Shown: one piece after another, positions 13,945-27,445 of the stretch
Layout of the letters: each line of letters starts with the position of its first letter
Numbering within the stretch: position 1 is the first letter of the stretch
Made by a program: the position numbers and the translations under genes
Notes under the pieces: model-generated
Told to the model about the DNA's origin: nothing
The model's input: the letters and a program-made list of their open reading frames with translations, nothing else
The model's database searches: none
From: Antedon mediterranea
Taxonomy: Eukaryota; Animalia; Echinodermata
NCBI RefSeq assembly: GCF_964355755.1
Contig: NC_092676.1
Coordinates: 22,710,871 to 22,774,870, forward strand
DNA length: 64,000 bases
Reading direction: 5' to 3'

Positions 13945-14757
13945 ATGTGGGCTGGAAACACACGCAATAAGAGCATGTTCAACTTTGAAATGAAGTTTGA
14001 TACAGTAGCATGGAGAGAATGGATAGCAGAATATTGGACTTTTAGTATTCTAATCGCTGCAGTGTACGTTCCAGCAGTTTTCATCGGAATACACCTTATG
14101 AAAGATCGTAAACCGTTTAATGTGCGATATGCATTTATGTTATGGAATGTATTACTTGGCGTTTTCAGCATCGCCGGAGCTTTACGAACAGTGCCAGTTA
14201 TGGCCAACATTGTCCTCCAAGATGGCTGGCATCCATCCCTTTGCAACATGAAGTATTTCTGGCCGGAGTATATTGGCATATGGGCGCCATTGTTTGTATT
14301 TTCGAAGGTACCAGAACTCGGTGACAGTGCTTTTATAATCTTGAAGAAGCAGAAGATGCAATTTCTACATTGGTATCATCACGCCACTGTTCTGATATGC
14401 TGCTTTTACCTCTACGGCGTCTTTACGTCCATCTCATTCTGGTTTCTGACAATGAATTTTGTTGTCCATTCACTGATGTACCCATATTTTGCTTTCCGAG
14501 CCGCTGGATTTCGTCCACCACGACCAATAGCTATGTTCATAACCACTATGCAAGTGTTGCAGATGGTTGCCGGACTTTCCCTTGCACTCTATGCCAGTAA
14601 AATCCACTTTATTGAGGAGGATCGCCAGTGCGACGTAGATACTGGGCAACTGATCTACACCACACTTATGTATTTCTCGTATATGATTCTATTTTTGGAT
14701 TTGTTCTATAGAAGTTATATTCGTAAATCTGACAAGATACCAGAAAAGATACAGTAG
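13945..14757 (+). CDS. ELOVL6: Very-long-chain fatty acid elongase, ELOVL6/ELOVL3-like (copy 1), single coding exon, 270 aa
   Basis: GNS1/SUR4 family motifs SKVPELGD, FLHWYHH (histidine box), MNFVVHSLMYPYF, TTMQVLQM, MYFSYMILF; multi-TM hydrophobic pattern; first ATG 13945; AATAAA at 14809. Confidence 0.93.
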   Translation: MWAGNTRNKSMFNFEMKFDTVAWREWIAEYWTFSILIAAVYVPAVFIGIHLMKDRKPFNVRYAFMLWNVLLGVFSIAGALRTVPVMANIVLQDGWHPSLCNMKYFWPEYIGIWAPLFVFSKVPELGDSAFIILKKQKMQFLHWYHHATVLICCFYLYGVFTSISFWFLTMNFVVHSLMYPYFAFRAAGFRPPRPIAMFITTMQVLQMVAGLSLALYASKIHFIEEDRQCDVDTGQLIYTTLMYFSYMILFLDLFYRSYIRKSDKIPEKIQ

Positions 14758-15214
14758 GAAAATCCATTTTCAAAAAAAAAAAAAAATTACAATGACATTA
14801 TTTTTTGGAATAAATCTTTTTTTTAAAACAAGAACTGTCGCGCGTCACCATGGAGACAACTAAACAGTAGTCGCACATGTCACACCAGCATGCAGCAGGG
14901 GAAGACAGCTAGCAGCAGACGAGTCCCGGCGGCACACAACGACGGTTGTTTGCGAGACGTACGAAGTGCGGGGGCTGAAGCGATAAAACAATCAATCAAC
15001 CAAATTCTGGTCTGAACAGATTTGTTGAACAAGCGAGTCACGATAACGCAAATAGACTGAGGTTCAACTTGGGGTTCAATGTACATCCGGTTAATAAATA
15101 ATAGAAGCGTATCACCTGTTTCAGTTGATCGTTTAAAAAAACTACCAAGGAGCACTAGCTAGGCCTACGCTAGTTAGGCCCTATTATTTAAAGAAAACTT
15201 TCAACTTGCAAAAC

Positions 15215-16018
15215 ATGTGGGCTGGAAACGCGCACGAGAGCCTGTTCGAATTTGAGGACAAGTTCGACGCTGTGGCATGGAGAGGATGGATGGCTAGAAA
15301 CTGGACTTACAGCATTGTCATCGCTGTGCTCTATGTTCCAGCTGTTTTTATCGGGATCAACCTAATGAAAAATCGTAGACCTATCAATGTACGATATGCA
15401 CTCATATGTTGGAATATATTTCTTAGTATCTTCAGCATTGCTGGCGCAGTTCGCTCTGTTCCGGTGATGATAAACGTGCTTATCCACGATGGTTGGCGGC
15501 AATCCGTTTGCGACTCTAAATATTTCTGGGCCGAGTACAGCGGCATCTGGGCGGCGTTATTTGTTCTGTCCAAAGTACCAGAGCTCGGAGACAGCTTATT
15601 TATAATCTTGAAGAAACAGAAGATGCAGCTCCTGCATTGGTACCATCACTCCACCGTTCTGGTCTGTGTCTTCTACTTGTACACTTTCCACACGTCAATT
15701 GCTTTCTGGTTTGGCACCATGAATTATTTTGTGCACGCACTCATGTATCCGTATTTTGCGTTCAGATCAGCGGGGATTCGACTACCACGACCTCTAGCAA
15801 TGGTTATAACATCTTTACAGTTATCACAGATGGTTGTTGGACTTTACATAACACTCTATGCAGGTGTATTACATGTGTACGATGGCAAGTGTGACGTATA
15901 CACGGGTCAGATAATTTATGCGACAATTATGTATTTCTCGTATATGATCCTCTTTATGGACTTGTTCTACAAAAGCTACATTAAACCGACAAAGCAGAGA
16001 GTTGAAAAAGTAGAATAA
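15215..16018 (+). CDS. ELOVL6: Very-long-chain fatty acid elongase, ELOVL6/ELOVL3-like (copy 2), single coding exon, 267 aa
   Basis: Same motifs (SKVPELGD, LLHWYHH, MNYFVHALMYPYF); colinear paralog of copy 1 starting MWAGN; AATAAA at 16070. Confidence 0.93.
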   Translation: MWAGNAHESLFEFEDKFDAVAWRGWMARNWTYSIVIAVLYVPAVFIGINLMKNRRPINVRYALICWNIFLSIFSIAGAVRSVPVMINVLIHDGWRQSVCDSKYFWAEYSGIWAALFVLSKVPELGDSLFIILKKQKMQLLHWYHHSTVLVCVFYLYTFHTSIAFWFGTMNYFVHALMYPYFAFRSAGIRLPRPLAMVITSLQLSQMVVGLYITLYAGVLHVYDGKCDVYTGQIIYATIMYFSYMILFMDLFYKSYIKPTKQRVEKVE

Positions 16019-16714
16019 AACTTTATACATTTGACTATATAATTATAATTATAGTTGTATGAGAAGATTAATAAAATGAACATTTTTATTTGAACTGATC
16101 ATTAGAGCTGTTCACATTTCTTATCACAGACAATTAAAGTTGAATGGAAAATAAATAAAAAACACATAACAATTATGTTGTCATATTGTTTGAATTTTAA
16201 ATTATGAAAAAAGAGCGGGCCCACCACCCCCATAACAATTTTGTTGATCGATACATCGATTATTAAATTAATGTTAATTTATTGATTGTGATTTACGATA
16301 TTAATCGATCGTCGATTGACTTACGCAATTATTGTTTGAGAGAAGTTCAAAGGAATTATTTTACTAAAGATTAATAGATCATAAATAAATTATACAATAT
16401 TCATATTTTGCATTGTTCTGCTGCGGCGAATATGATGGGGCGTCGACGATGAGAAAAAATGTTTCGTGTAGCCTAATCAATTCATAACGCCAATGCTGAT
16501 TAGTCGAAATATAGCCACGTTTTGAGAAACTGGCCAAACAAAACGCTTGTGAGACGTAGCTCTACCTTATCATGTGACCAGACACAACAAGCTGTCCATG
16601 TGTACCGGGTGTTTAGTTACGAGGAAATTTCGCGCTGTTTTACCATTGAAATCTCTTTAAATATTTACTATTTTTGCACATTGTTACTTAATATCGGTTT
16701 ATATATATATAGGC

Positions 16715-19700
16715 ATGATTGCAGAGTATTTAACGGGGATATCTACAAGGTAAATCATTGAATAATCCTTTAGGCTGATAGTGGTAGGCCGGGAGGAAAT
16801 TGTAACAACAGCTAGTGGGACGGGAGGGAGAGTCGACCATATTGGTTTTGCGACAATGTACCGAGAAGAACTTGTGTCAGCTTTCCCATAGAGTTGGCTA
16901 GCTTGGCCTACTACGTTAAGGATTCCTCGTAGTAGTACAGTAATATTATAGGCCTAGTCTATACTAGAGTATGCTGGCCTAAAAAAAAATCTAGCCTAGG
17001 CCTCCTAACTAGCTAGCTAAGCTAGGCTAGGCCTACTACTATATGCCTAGCTAGGCCGACTAAATATCACTGAACTGAAGGTTAATTAAAAATGATCCAT
17101 GATATTATTGACTAGTGTATGCCTATAGGCCTACCTATAGGGGATTTTCACCCCTATTACTAGCAGGCCCTAGGCCTATTTTATTATTAAAGTAGTGTCA
17201 CGTGTGTACAAGCATTTCTTCATTAAGTACTGTAGTCTCTAGGCCACCATATAATTTATATGGTGGCCTACCTAGAGACTACAGTACTATTAGCCTAGGC
17301 CCCTATCCTCTACTAAAATATATAGTATATTGTATTGGCTAGGCTAGGCCTAGTTAAGTGTTCATTTACACATATATTCACATGTGTTTTATTGTTTATA
17401 AGAAAATGAAAATAATACATAACAATTATTAATGAATTAAGCCCTACCATTACCAGGCTATTTTAAATTACGCCGTGGCTAAAGATACGGTACCGTATTC
17501 TAACTTCTGTTTACTAAAGGTACGGTAAAATTGTATTACATCATAATCAGCCAATGGGATGGTACCGTATCTTTAGCCACGGCGTTTAAATTAATATATT
17601 TTGTGCATCAATTTAGTGAATCATGCCCTTTTTTTCTTTGCAGCCCATGGAACACTGACCATTTCTATGATGATGAATCACATGATATTCCAAAAAATAG
17701 GTAAACATTCTTGCATTGGCCTATGTTAGTTGGCCTAGATAGGCCACTCTAGCATGACTTTAAACTGGCATATCTGATTCAGATTGGCTGAATGGTGCAG
17801 CTATTTGAATGTTGGATTTTTTTGGAGATGTAATTTACTTACTTGTTTCCGGAGCTCAACTTTTGCTGGATCCAGAGTCGAGTCAAGGCTATGCATATAA
17901 GCCCCTCTTGAAAATAACATCAAATCTCGAATACGGCGCAAGTTTTTGATTCTATAGTTCTTATAGTCTATGATTTTACAGTATTATTTTTATCCTAATG
18001 GCATACACAATTTTTTACAGCCTAAATTATTATGATTCCATGCTCACGTCAAGAGGAACAAGTAGAAGAACCTCAGAGTGCAGTGACCGGGAAGATGGGT
18101 CAATTTGCCTGGATACTTGGTACCCGGACTACGAGAGTGTCGTCGTCCAATCAGCTAATACTTTCTTACCAGATGTAACATTGGTTAATGATATCGATCA
18201 TGATGAGGATAATTATAAAGGTATGTTTTCTTTTCAACACTACAGTAGTAATGACCAATCACAAGCAACCGTTTTTTACTCAATTACTTTGAATTGTTTG
18301 TATGCTCTTGTGTTGCATCCTAATGGGAACCATTCTGTAAAATAAACTATTGATAAAACAATGCACATCTAATAAAATTATTACATTTTTGTATATTTTT
18401 AGATTATGAGTCATCTCTTGGAAGTTCTCTTCATATATCAGATGATGACCTATCTTCACGACACTTGACAACTGATGAGGAATCTGAGGACGAGGATGAT
18501 GAAATCTACCCGAGTCCGAAGAAGACCAAGCGAAATTTACAAGATGTCACATGGTATGTATCTAGAATTTGAACGTAAAGAAATGCTAAAATGGCCATGA
18601 TCTATTTTAATGCTGAAATGTAAAATTGTAACCAAAGAATGCCCTTTCTTCTGAAGCTCTGTCTACACTATCAAACTTTATGTGACAAAAAATGTGATGT
18701 GCCCATATATGAACATGATGATGTCATATCACTACTATATTTGGGCATATCGCTACCATATTTGTGCATATCACTTTTTTTGTCAAACTAGTTTGATAGT
18801 GTAGACAGAGCATTACAGCACTGTAAACAAATACCAGTATGGTGATTTACCATTACTACTATGAAAAACAGCACAAAATGATTCACACTGAAAACACTAA
18901 AAATATTAGGATAAAACATACTAAGGTATTAAAAAGTAATTTGTTGTTTTCTTTAGGAGTGAGATGTCTAATGAAGAACATATCAGAACGATAGAGCAGC
19001 TAATATCACTTATATCAGAGCAGATGAGTCTAAGAGATCAATTAGAAATCATTCGTATTATTAGACCAAATGCAGAAGTCTCACCAACAGATAATGAATT
19101 TACTATTGGTAATAAAACTTTCTTATTTTATTTTTAGTTAGGGGGAGAGACTTTAAATCGGTTGACTGGCCATTGGTTTTTTGTTAAATTTAACAATTTA
19201 TTTAGTCTTTATATAAGTGAATAAATAGAATATTCAAAGTATGATTTTTTTAATCTTCATTTATTATGTTTTTGGGGGACAATACATCATTTTAAAATAT
19301 ATTTTATTTTGATTAAGAATTGGAGTGGTTAACAGACGAAAAACTGCATAGAATTCGAGACTACATCACGCATACTGTCTCGCCAAAAGTTGGTAACTCA
19401 AAATTAATAAAAGAAGACAGCGATGAACAAGAGGAGGATGAGGAGGATTGTTCAACAAAGTCAAAAAGCAAGAAAAGGAGATGCATGGTATGTTGGTCAT
19501 TGGTTTAATAACTGTCCATCAGGCAAGTAGATGAGTTTTCTCACTGGCCTGAATTCAATTGTACTGGACATCCATAGTTTTAACAATTCTTGTTTTAAAG
19601 ATTGTTGTGTTACATCTAGTACCTGTTGATATTATCTGACAAATTTACTGTCTAAAATGTGCAATTACAGCGAAATCCAGATCTTAATTGGTCGAATATT

Positions 19701-20385
19701 TTTTCCTACCCAGACGTAATTTGTACTTTATACTATGTACATTGAGAACATTTTAAAATTTGCAAGTAATTCTCGGGTGGAAGTAGGGCAAAACATCTGA
19801 CCAATTACTGAACTCCCTCACGTATGATACTCCACAGTAGGATCCAGATCTACCGGGAATTTCAATGCACTATCTGGAAAAACAACACAATATTTGACTA
19901 AAAATAAAATCTGATTTGTTTTTCAGAGAAGTGCTAATGAGAGAAGACAACAAATGAGAGCCCAGAGATTAAGACAAAGGAAAGAAAACAAACAAGCCGT
20001 CAAAGAAAAGAAAAGTGGTCTATTTAGACATGAAAAGGTTTGTAAAGTAATCGGTTGAAAATTATTGATTCATGCGCTCTCTATAAAAAAACCTATGTTT
20101 GTGTAGGAAATATACCATTGCTTTTCAACCAATCAAATGGCGCAAGTTAAAAAAAAAAAAATCCAATGACCCCAATTGAAAACCACTTTGATTGAATGGC
20201 TGTTTTTTAATTATATAAACTAGTTCAGCTATATTTTGTGCTTATTTATATCACAGAAATTTGTATTACTCAGTTTACTGATTTATCTAATTCATGATCA
20301 TGATTTCTTTCTTTTCTTACTTTTCCAGGTGCTGTCAGTACAAAGATGTCAAGAGAACACTGAAGAAGTTGATATATTGGGCTGA
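16715..20385 (+). CDS. FAM199X: FAM199X-like protein, 310 aa; exons 16715-16749, 17644-17700, 18021-18220, 18403-18553, 18957-19108, 19318-19487, 19927-20037, 20329-20385
   Basis: Spliced frame is continuous. PKKTKRNLQDVTWSEMSNEEHIRTIEQLISLISEQMSLRDQLEIIRIIRPNAEVSPTDNEFTIELEWLTDEKLHRIRDYI and KEKKSGLFRHEKVLSV...EVDILG match the recalled human FAM199X conserved blocks (WSAMTNDEQV...SPTDSEFIIELNCLTDEKL; KERLSGLFLNEEVLSL). Confidence 0.85.
17226..17288. repeat. Near-perfect 63-bp palindrome in FAM199X intron 1
   Basis: AGTACTGTAGTCTCTAGGCCACCATATAA-T-TTATATGGTGGCCTA(CCTA)GAGACTACAGTACT. Confidence 0.85.
17470..17585. mobile_element. Small MITE with 25-bp TIRs
   Basis: ACGCCGTGGCTAAAGATACGGTACC ... 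GGTACCGTATCTTTAGCCACGGCGT. Confidence 0.75.
18655..18812. mobile_element. MITE family A copy
   Basis: AGCTCTGTCTACACTATCAAACT ... AGTTTGATAGTGTAGACAGAGC. Confidence 0.88.
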
Positions 20386-23300
20386 CAGTAAACATATCCT
20401 GTCTATCGCCCTCTATAAAGAATTGCTACCAGACGATGCTATATTCTCATCACAACATTTTCAAACTTTTAAAATCTTCTTTCAGTTGTTTTTACCTTTA
20501 TTTTAGTTCTATACACACAATGCACTATGTCAAACTTTTTTCATGCTTTAGTAAGCACAGTGATTTTTAATAAGATAACAAATAAGATATCAACATAGTT
20601 GTTGCAAAATGATCTATAACTTTTTTAGGATGGGTACTTGGATCTTGTACTTTATAATAATGAATTTTAAGATGTTGAATATTACAAAATGTTAATGAGT
20701 TTATTCAACATATTATGAATGTACAAATCATTATTATGAGGTTCATATACTTACAATCCTCTTTTTACAGTAACACACTGCCCCACGAGGACTAAATATG
20801 TCTCTGAGTCTAATAGCTGCCACCAAACGGAAATCATTTGTCCACAAGGATATATGTATTACAGAAACATTGTAGAAAGAAAAATAATGTGCACTACAAT
20901 TGTACTAATAGTAATATGTAACAGTAACGGCAAATGGATAAATATAATAATCTTGATGAAACCTCATTTAAATGGTGCAATAATGAAATTTCATTTGGTT
21001 AATATGTTCGACTCAACTTTATATTTTAAACATAGTTTACCCATTCATGGAGGGTATACTGCATATTATTATAACACACCGAGCGAAGTGTGTCATAGCA
21101 ATTTGATTGGTTGATTTCGTATCGCGTGCCATGCTTAGATTTCTCTAGTAACAAACTGGGGTATTATTGTACACTTTAATGGAAACATTTTGTTTGCTAG
21201 GGTCATGTGTAATGCTTTTGTTGTCTTCTTCTACGGTTGACCGTGTCACTGAATCGCATGCTACGCCTTTATTAAGATAGAGAAGTACAGTAGTATTGAA
21301 AAGCACATTCCAAATTTATTTTAAATGTAATCAGCACTTCCTATACACATCCATTTTGATTTGAAGGCTTTAATAAGACAATCAGAGACACTTTCAAATA
21401 TTTTCCGTATTTGAAATATACTTTCTTCTACTTAAAAATCCGAGAATTAACTTGCTATTTATAATGTTGTGTTGAGAAATAAATGTAGTAATTCAAATGA
21501 TGACATTTGGTTAACTGTTTTCAACCGCGTTAGGAACCTTTGGTCAGCTAAGATAATTATTTTCAAGGTTACTATCCGGACCTCAGCCCCACCTTGGTTG
21601 GAGAGTTGAGGTAAGAACACTTTGATTCTTTGAAAAATAACGATGCTAGATTTAATAATATTGATACACATACAAGTACTGCATATTGATGATACAAACA
21701 ACAATTTTTATTTCTCACTTCCCTTTGTCTTTGCCTCTCTCTCACTCTTTCTTTTCTTCCCAGCCCTGTACAAAGGCTTGTAAATACTCCGCCTCTACCC
21801 CGACCTGTTACGCCACTGACTGTTTTTTAGTCGACTCTACAGCTCACTATGTCGGTCGGTTGGTGAAGCATGTATATGGCCTTGTTAAAGGTGACTGTAG
21901 TCATCACAAGTGTTTAATATCACCTAGCAAAATATTCCAAATCGTTAGTTCAGCAACAAAATACGTAGACTTGCGTTCTGTAAATATCTCGTTTAGTTGA
22001 ACGTGAAAATTCTTTTACAAATCGTTTGTGATTGGTAAATACTTGCGTTGCGCTTCCTTCCTTGTGTTGTGACCAAGTTGTGACCAAGTATTTTTTCACC
22101 ATACAGACGTAACACAAGGACGCGCACGCAATGTGCAAGTCGCGTGACCAATGAAAAGCGAAAGCAGATAATCCATCGATTGTGGTTGATCAAACGTCCT
22201 TACATATTAATTAGTAGCTTACTACTATATAGCATCTGGCAATACATTTCATATTCTCACTTCTCAAAATTATTATGAATGTCATTCTACACCAGAACTT
22301 TTACTAAAACATTTCTCAGGTGGACGTTATACCACCTTTAACAATACACTGGTTTTTTTCAATAGAGCGTGAAGGGTTGTTCTATTGTTAACGTTTAACA
22401 AACCATATAGTTTTCCTATTTCATATTTTATAAGTAATTTTATTTTGTCCACAGAATGATATCAAAACGACTACACATAACATATTTGAAAAAAGTAGCA
22501 TTTAATTTCATCATTAGTGCAAAACACAAAGGTGTTTTATAATATAATGTTTGTGCCTATATTAAAGATAATTTAATTAATGTATAGCATTTTTTATTAT
22601 TGATTTATTGATTATTAATATTAAATACAGTATTAACAATATAGGCCTAGAGTTTTACCAGTAGGCCTACAATACAACTTCACCCAGACAAATTACCAGC
22701 ACATTTAACAATTATGCAAATGTTTAATAGAAGTATTAAAAAAGAGGTCTAAATATCATGTACTTGCTGTTTATTAGTCAATACAAACTTGCGTTATTAA
22801 ATACAGTAGTTAAACTTTAATTCGTATATGTAAACTAAACAAAGCCTATAATACAATGTTTTATTAGTGTACGAGCAATAGAAATCTATATCTTCAGGTA
22901 CCTACAAGGATGGGGTTCGAAATCTCCAGGTACCTAAATCCCAGAGATATAGTCCAGGACTAAAGATGAATACGGCCTTTGTCTATTTTAAATAGTTATT
23001 CAAAATAATAGTCCCTCTCCACGACCAATGGATAGGCGCAAGTGCGTGCTTTTATTTTACTTATGAATTGAACCACCGCTAAACAATTCAGTTCGTCTGC
23101 ATGCTCCCCCATCCCCTTTCTCTGTGAAAGATCATTGCTCTTTTTCTAGCAAACGGCTGAATGTTTTTTTCTTGGTAGGAGGCTTTTACTTTTTTTCTTT
23201 GTGTATCTTTTTTTTTGTTCTGACAATGCCATTCCAGTATAACAAATAAATAGGAGAACTAAACTGGTTTTGTTGTTTTGTAAGCTGGGAATACTGGCAT

Positions 23301-23700
23301 TGAGAAAAACAGACAACTGAATCACCGTATATTGGAATAAACCAAACATATAGCGAAATACAGTAATGAATGAGGGTACACGTACTATTTGGCATGTCGC
23401 TGAGTTCATCATAGACTGACACGGTTCACATCTTTCGAGGCGAAGGACGATATAAACCTATATTGTTTTCATCTTATTGATTTTATTAGTAAAATACAAC
23501 AGAAGTCTGAATTGCTATATATTTTATTATCTATTGAATAATAGTTCTAGCGTCTACCGTAAAGTAAGTGAAAGTGAAATTCTTTTTCATATGCATTATT
23601 TATAATCGTTTCTTCAGGTAGGCTTACACTTACTAATATCAACTACCAGTATACTTTACGATTGCTTATTGTTGGGTATAATTTTCATACTATAGAACAA

Positions 23701-25113
23701 ATGGCAATGGCATCAAATGTGACACCGTTAGTCAGCGACCACAAGAGGTATGGAGAGTCGTTACTTGTATTTTTGAAACTAAGCAGAAGCATTGAAGTGT
23801 TAGAAGGTTGGATCAGTTCATATTTTCCTGAGAAAATTATGAAAGAGATAAATAGAAAAGGAAAAGGAGCTAAGTGTACTCGGAATTGGTAGCGGTCCAG
23901 GGAAGGAGAATTGGAGGATTGAAACATCGGGCTTACCTAAATTATTATAAATGTTGAAAATACTCAAGCTCTTTGCTTCTCTTAACTTATACTCTTACTC
24001 TTTTTGATTTTTGTTATATTAAATAACCCATGGTTTATTACCCGTTGATTTGTCAATAACATTGCTGCTGTTGGTGATATTGATTACATTTTGTTGATTA
24101 CTAAAGTCGTATACCAGTAACTTATTTTGTATTAATGTTCAATGTTTTGATTTTCATTTAGTGTATACTGTAGGCCTAGCCTACTAGTATTGAATACCGT
24201 ATCCTATATTTTTTTTGTCATCAGGCCAAGTTGAATGCCTTGTTTTAAAGCAACTGCTTAAACACTGGCCTAAAATCACAGACACGGTGGTGGAACCGAA
24301 CCTTTTCAATATTAATACATATAAAGGTTTAGCTGCCAATGAAACTCAAGTCCTTCACGGAGTTTCCTTCGATTGGCGACAGCAGACTCTACAGCAGTTC
24401 AGACAGGAAACCCAAGATCAACCATTGAAGAAGTTCCATTTTATAATGTTGTTCCAAGTTCTGTATTACTTTGAAGATTTAACAGAGGTGTTCGAGTATC
24501 TGAAGAGTATTCTAGAAGATGGCGGTATGATACTAGCATTGATAGAGTGCGGTAGGTTAAATTCTTTTATACTAAAAATGTTTTTCTAAACAATACTAAT
24601 GACCTTATTAAGTAATGTCAATTTAGTAACAACATCAAACACAGTATAGTACATAGTTGAATTATAGCCTTTTTGCATGTATTATTTTGTCTATAGATCT
24701 ATCTAGACAGTAGGCCTACTTTTAAACGTTATCAACTTTCTTCTTTAAAAAATAAACATTTGTTTTATAGACGACAGTTGTATACCGCAGAGTACTCACC
24801 AATTTCCTCAGTTTAAGATGCATGATGCCGTATCTACAGGCGATGTCGAGAAAGCTGTGGCTGAAGCTCAACTACAATTTGTCAAGCATCGTATAAAATT
24901 AAACCTGGATGCTACCAGCTGTTTTGATGGCGAATCGAAAGAAGGGGAACTTTTTGTGATTTTCTAACACAAAAGCCTTTCATTAAGGAAACTGCATCTG
25001 AATTGTTGTATAGTGATGTCATTGATTATTTCAAAAGCATTGTTTTGCCTGAAAGTGAGGATGGCAAAAGTTTTCTAAGATGTGATTGCGATGCTATTGT
25101 TATCAAAAAGTAG
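23701..25113 (+). pseudogene. HNMT-like methyltransferase pseudogene (copy A), inverted relative to the rest of the cluster
   Basis: Three exon homologs (~23701-23901, ~24225-24551, ~24771-25113). Frameshift in exon 1 at ~23852 (GAGATAAATAGAAAAG), exon-1 donor changed to CCAG|GGAAGG, and indels near 24950-24975 in exon 3. Confidence 0.85.
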
Positions 25114-25894
25114 AACACTTTATAATGATTACTGTTTAACATAAGTTAGCTGATGCAGGGAAGAGTTAATGTTGGTAAATTTTGTTTTTAGTAACTTAGG
25201 TAGATGTAGGAAACACTAAATTTGGTTTTGGAGTCCGTTATTATGTGAATACAAAAATCACATTGGGTAATTAATTTCATTCAAGCATAATGAAGCTATA
25301 CTATATTTTCATTATCAATTGTTTTTTATTTCAGGTGATTTTTCTTTTTATTCTTCTTTATATTGTACAGATAACTCTGCGTTAGTTATTTAATGTTTTA
25401 AACGTACTTAAGTGATCTTTTCTTTGTTTTTTATTTGTTTTGAAAATGTACATGGACTATTTGAATTGAAAAAAATAGCTTAGTTACGCCATAATAAACA
25501 ATGGATGGTAACGGAGGCCGCGTTCTGTCGTTTTTATCTATCACATGTACTGTATTACCAATGTACTTTATTTACAGTATATTTTTCTGATCAATAAAAT
25601 AGAATTTTGCATAGTATAGTATTTGCTTTGTTTGTTCCCACGATTTTTAAGTTATCCTTCTGAACGTTTGGGTTCTAATAGATATATACTTACAGAACAT
25701 TCCTATTTATTTTCAGAAAAATTGATATTGGTGATGTCACAAAAGCTTATTATATAAAAATCTGACTTACCTGTATCGTCCATATGAGCTGAGCATGCCC
25801 TCTATATTCTTTTAACATGGGACAAAATATCAAGTAGTGAGCCCTCTCCCTAGTTTTCCCTATATATTTTGCAAGGCGAGTGATTTAATTACGT

Positions 25895-26706
25895 AATAAT
25901 TATATTTACATAACGTTATTAATAATATCTACCTAATATGTTATAAGAACGTTTGGAATAACATTCACAATATGTTATTTAGATAACATTATTAAACAAT
26001 ATATAACATTTTCCTAACGTTATAAGAATTTTCAAAATAACGTTAAAATTATAATTACATAATGTTATTTTGAACGTTCTTCTAACGTTAGGAAAATGTT
26101 ATCATTAATGTTATATAAATAACATATTTTGAATGTTATTCTGAACGTTCTTATAACGTTAGGTAGATATTACCTATAAAGTTATGTAAACATCATTTTT
26201 AACGTTATTTTGAACGTTCTTATAACGTTACGAAAATGTTATCAATAATGTTATGTAAATAACCTATTTTAATGTTGTTCCGAACTTTCTTATAAAGTTA
26301 GGTAGATGTTACCAATAACGTTATGTAAATATCATTTTCAACGTTATTTTGAACGTTCTTCTAACGTTAGGAAAATGTTATCATTAATGTTATATAAATA
26401 ACATATGTTGAATGTTATTCCGAACGTTCTTATAACGTTAGGTAGATGTTACCAATAACGTTATGTAAATATCATTTTCAGCGTTATTTTTAACGTTCTT
26501 CTAACGTTAGGAAAATGTTATCATCAATGTTATGTAAATAACATATTTTGAATGTTATTCTGAACGTTCTTATAACGTTTAAACGATGTTATGAAAAAAA
26601 TATTCTGTGAATGAACGTTATTTGAATGTTATACGAACGTTCGTAGTAAACCTAACCAAACGCTAACCAAAATATAACGTAAGCTGAACGTTATGTGTTT
26701 GCTGGG
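25895..26706. repeat. AACGTT-rich ~120-bp tandem array with an inverted leading block, ending in a TIR-like GTGTTTGCTGGG terminus
   Basis: Units such as AACGTTATTTTGAACGTTCTT(C/A)TAACGTTAGGAAAATGTTATCA repeat 4-5 times; 25900-26045 is the reverse complement of the following units. Confidence 0.85.
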
Positions 26707-27445
26707 ACGATTTTTAAGTTATTGTCCTGAACGTTTGGGTTCTAATAGATATATACTTACAGAACATTCCTATTTATTTTCAGAAAAATTTATATTGGTG
26801 ATTATATAAAAATCTGACTTACCTGTATCTTCCATATAAGCTGGAATATGAAATAGCATGCCCGCTATATTCTTTTAACACGTGCCAAAATATCAAGTAC
26901 CGGTAGTGAGTCCTCTCCGATCCTTAGTTTTCCCTATATATATTTTGCAAGGTACTTAGTTTCTTAGTGATTTCATTAATTATGTTTTATTTAAATATTT
27001 TTACACAAAAAAATCAAAGTGCACAAACAGAACAGTCCTCGATATTTCACTGCATTGTTTATGTCTATGACGGGGACACGACAATTATTGAAAGTAACAG
27101 TTCTCAGGGATCTATAACGTTTACGATCATTGAAACAGTGTGATGCCATTTCGCCCAATCACGTTCACTTATTTACAAAGGCTATTAATATTATGCCACC
27201 TAAATAAATTCCTGTCATTTAATTAGTGGACGATTGTAGGTCAAATGGCGTGCAATAATATGTACAGTAGTGTCATGTGATAGTACTAACAAATACAGCA
27301 AAACATTAGAATAAGAATTGTATGCAGAAAATATTAATTTTTAGAATGACAACACTAATCATTGCAACATTTATTCAATAGAGAGTTATGCAACTACACT
27401 GTCACACCCCAATTAGATAGGTATAATTTAACGTTCTCTTTCTAA

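Noticed and set aside
13896-15894. Antisense and alternate-frame ORFs over the ELOVL genes
   Set aside because: Shadows of the real CDSs; their similarity to each other follows from the paralogy.
25895-26706. Regular repeat array resembling a CRISPR locus
   Set aside because: Contiguous tandem units without unique spacers, no cas genes, and a eukaryotic intron-containing context.
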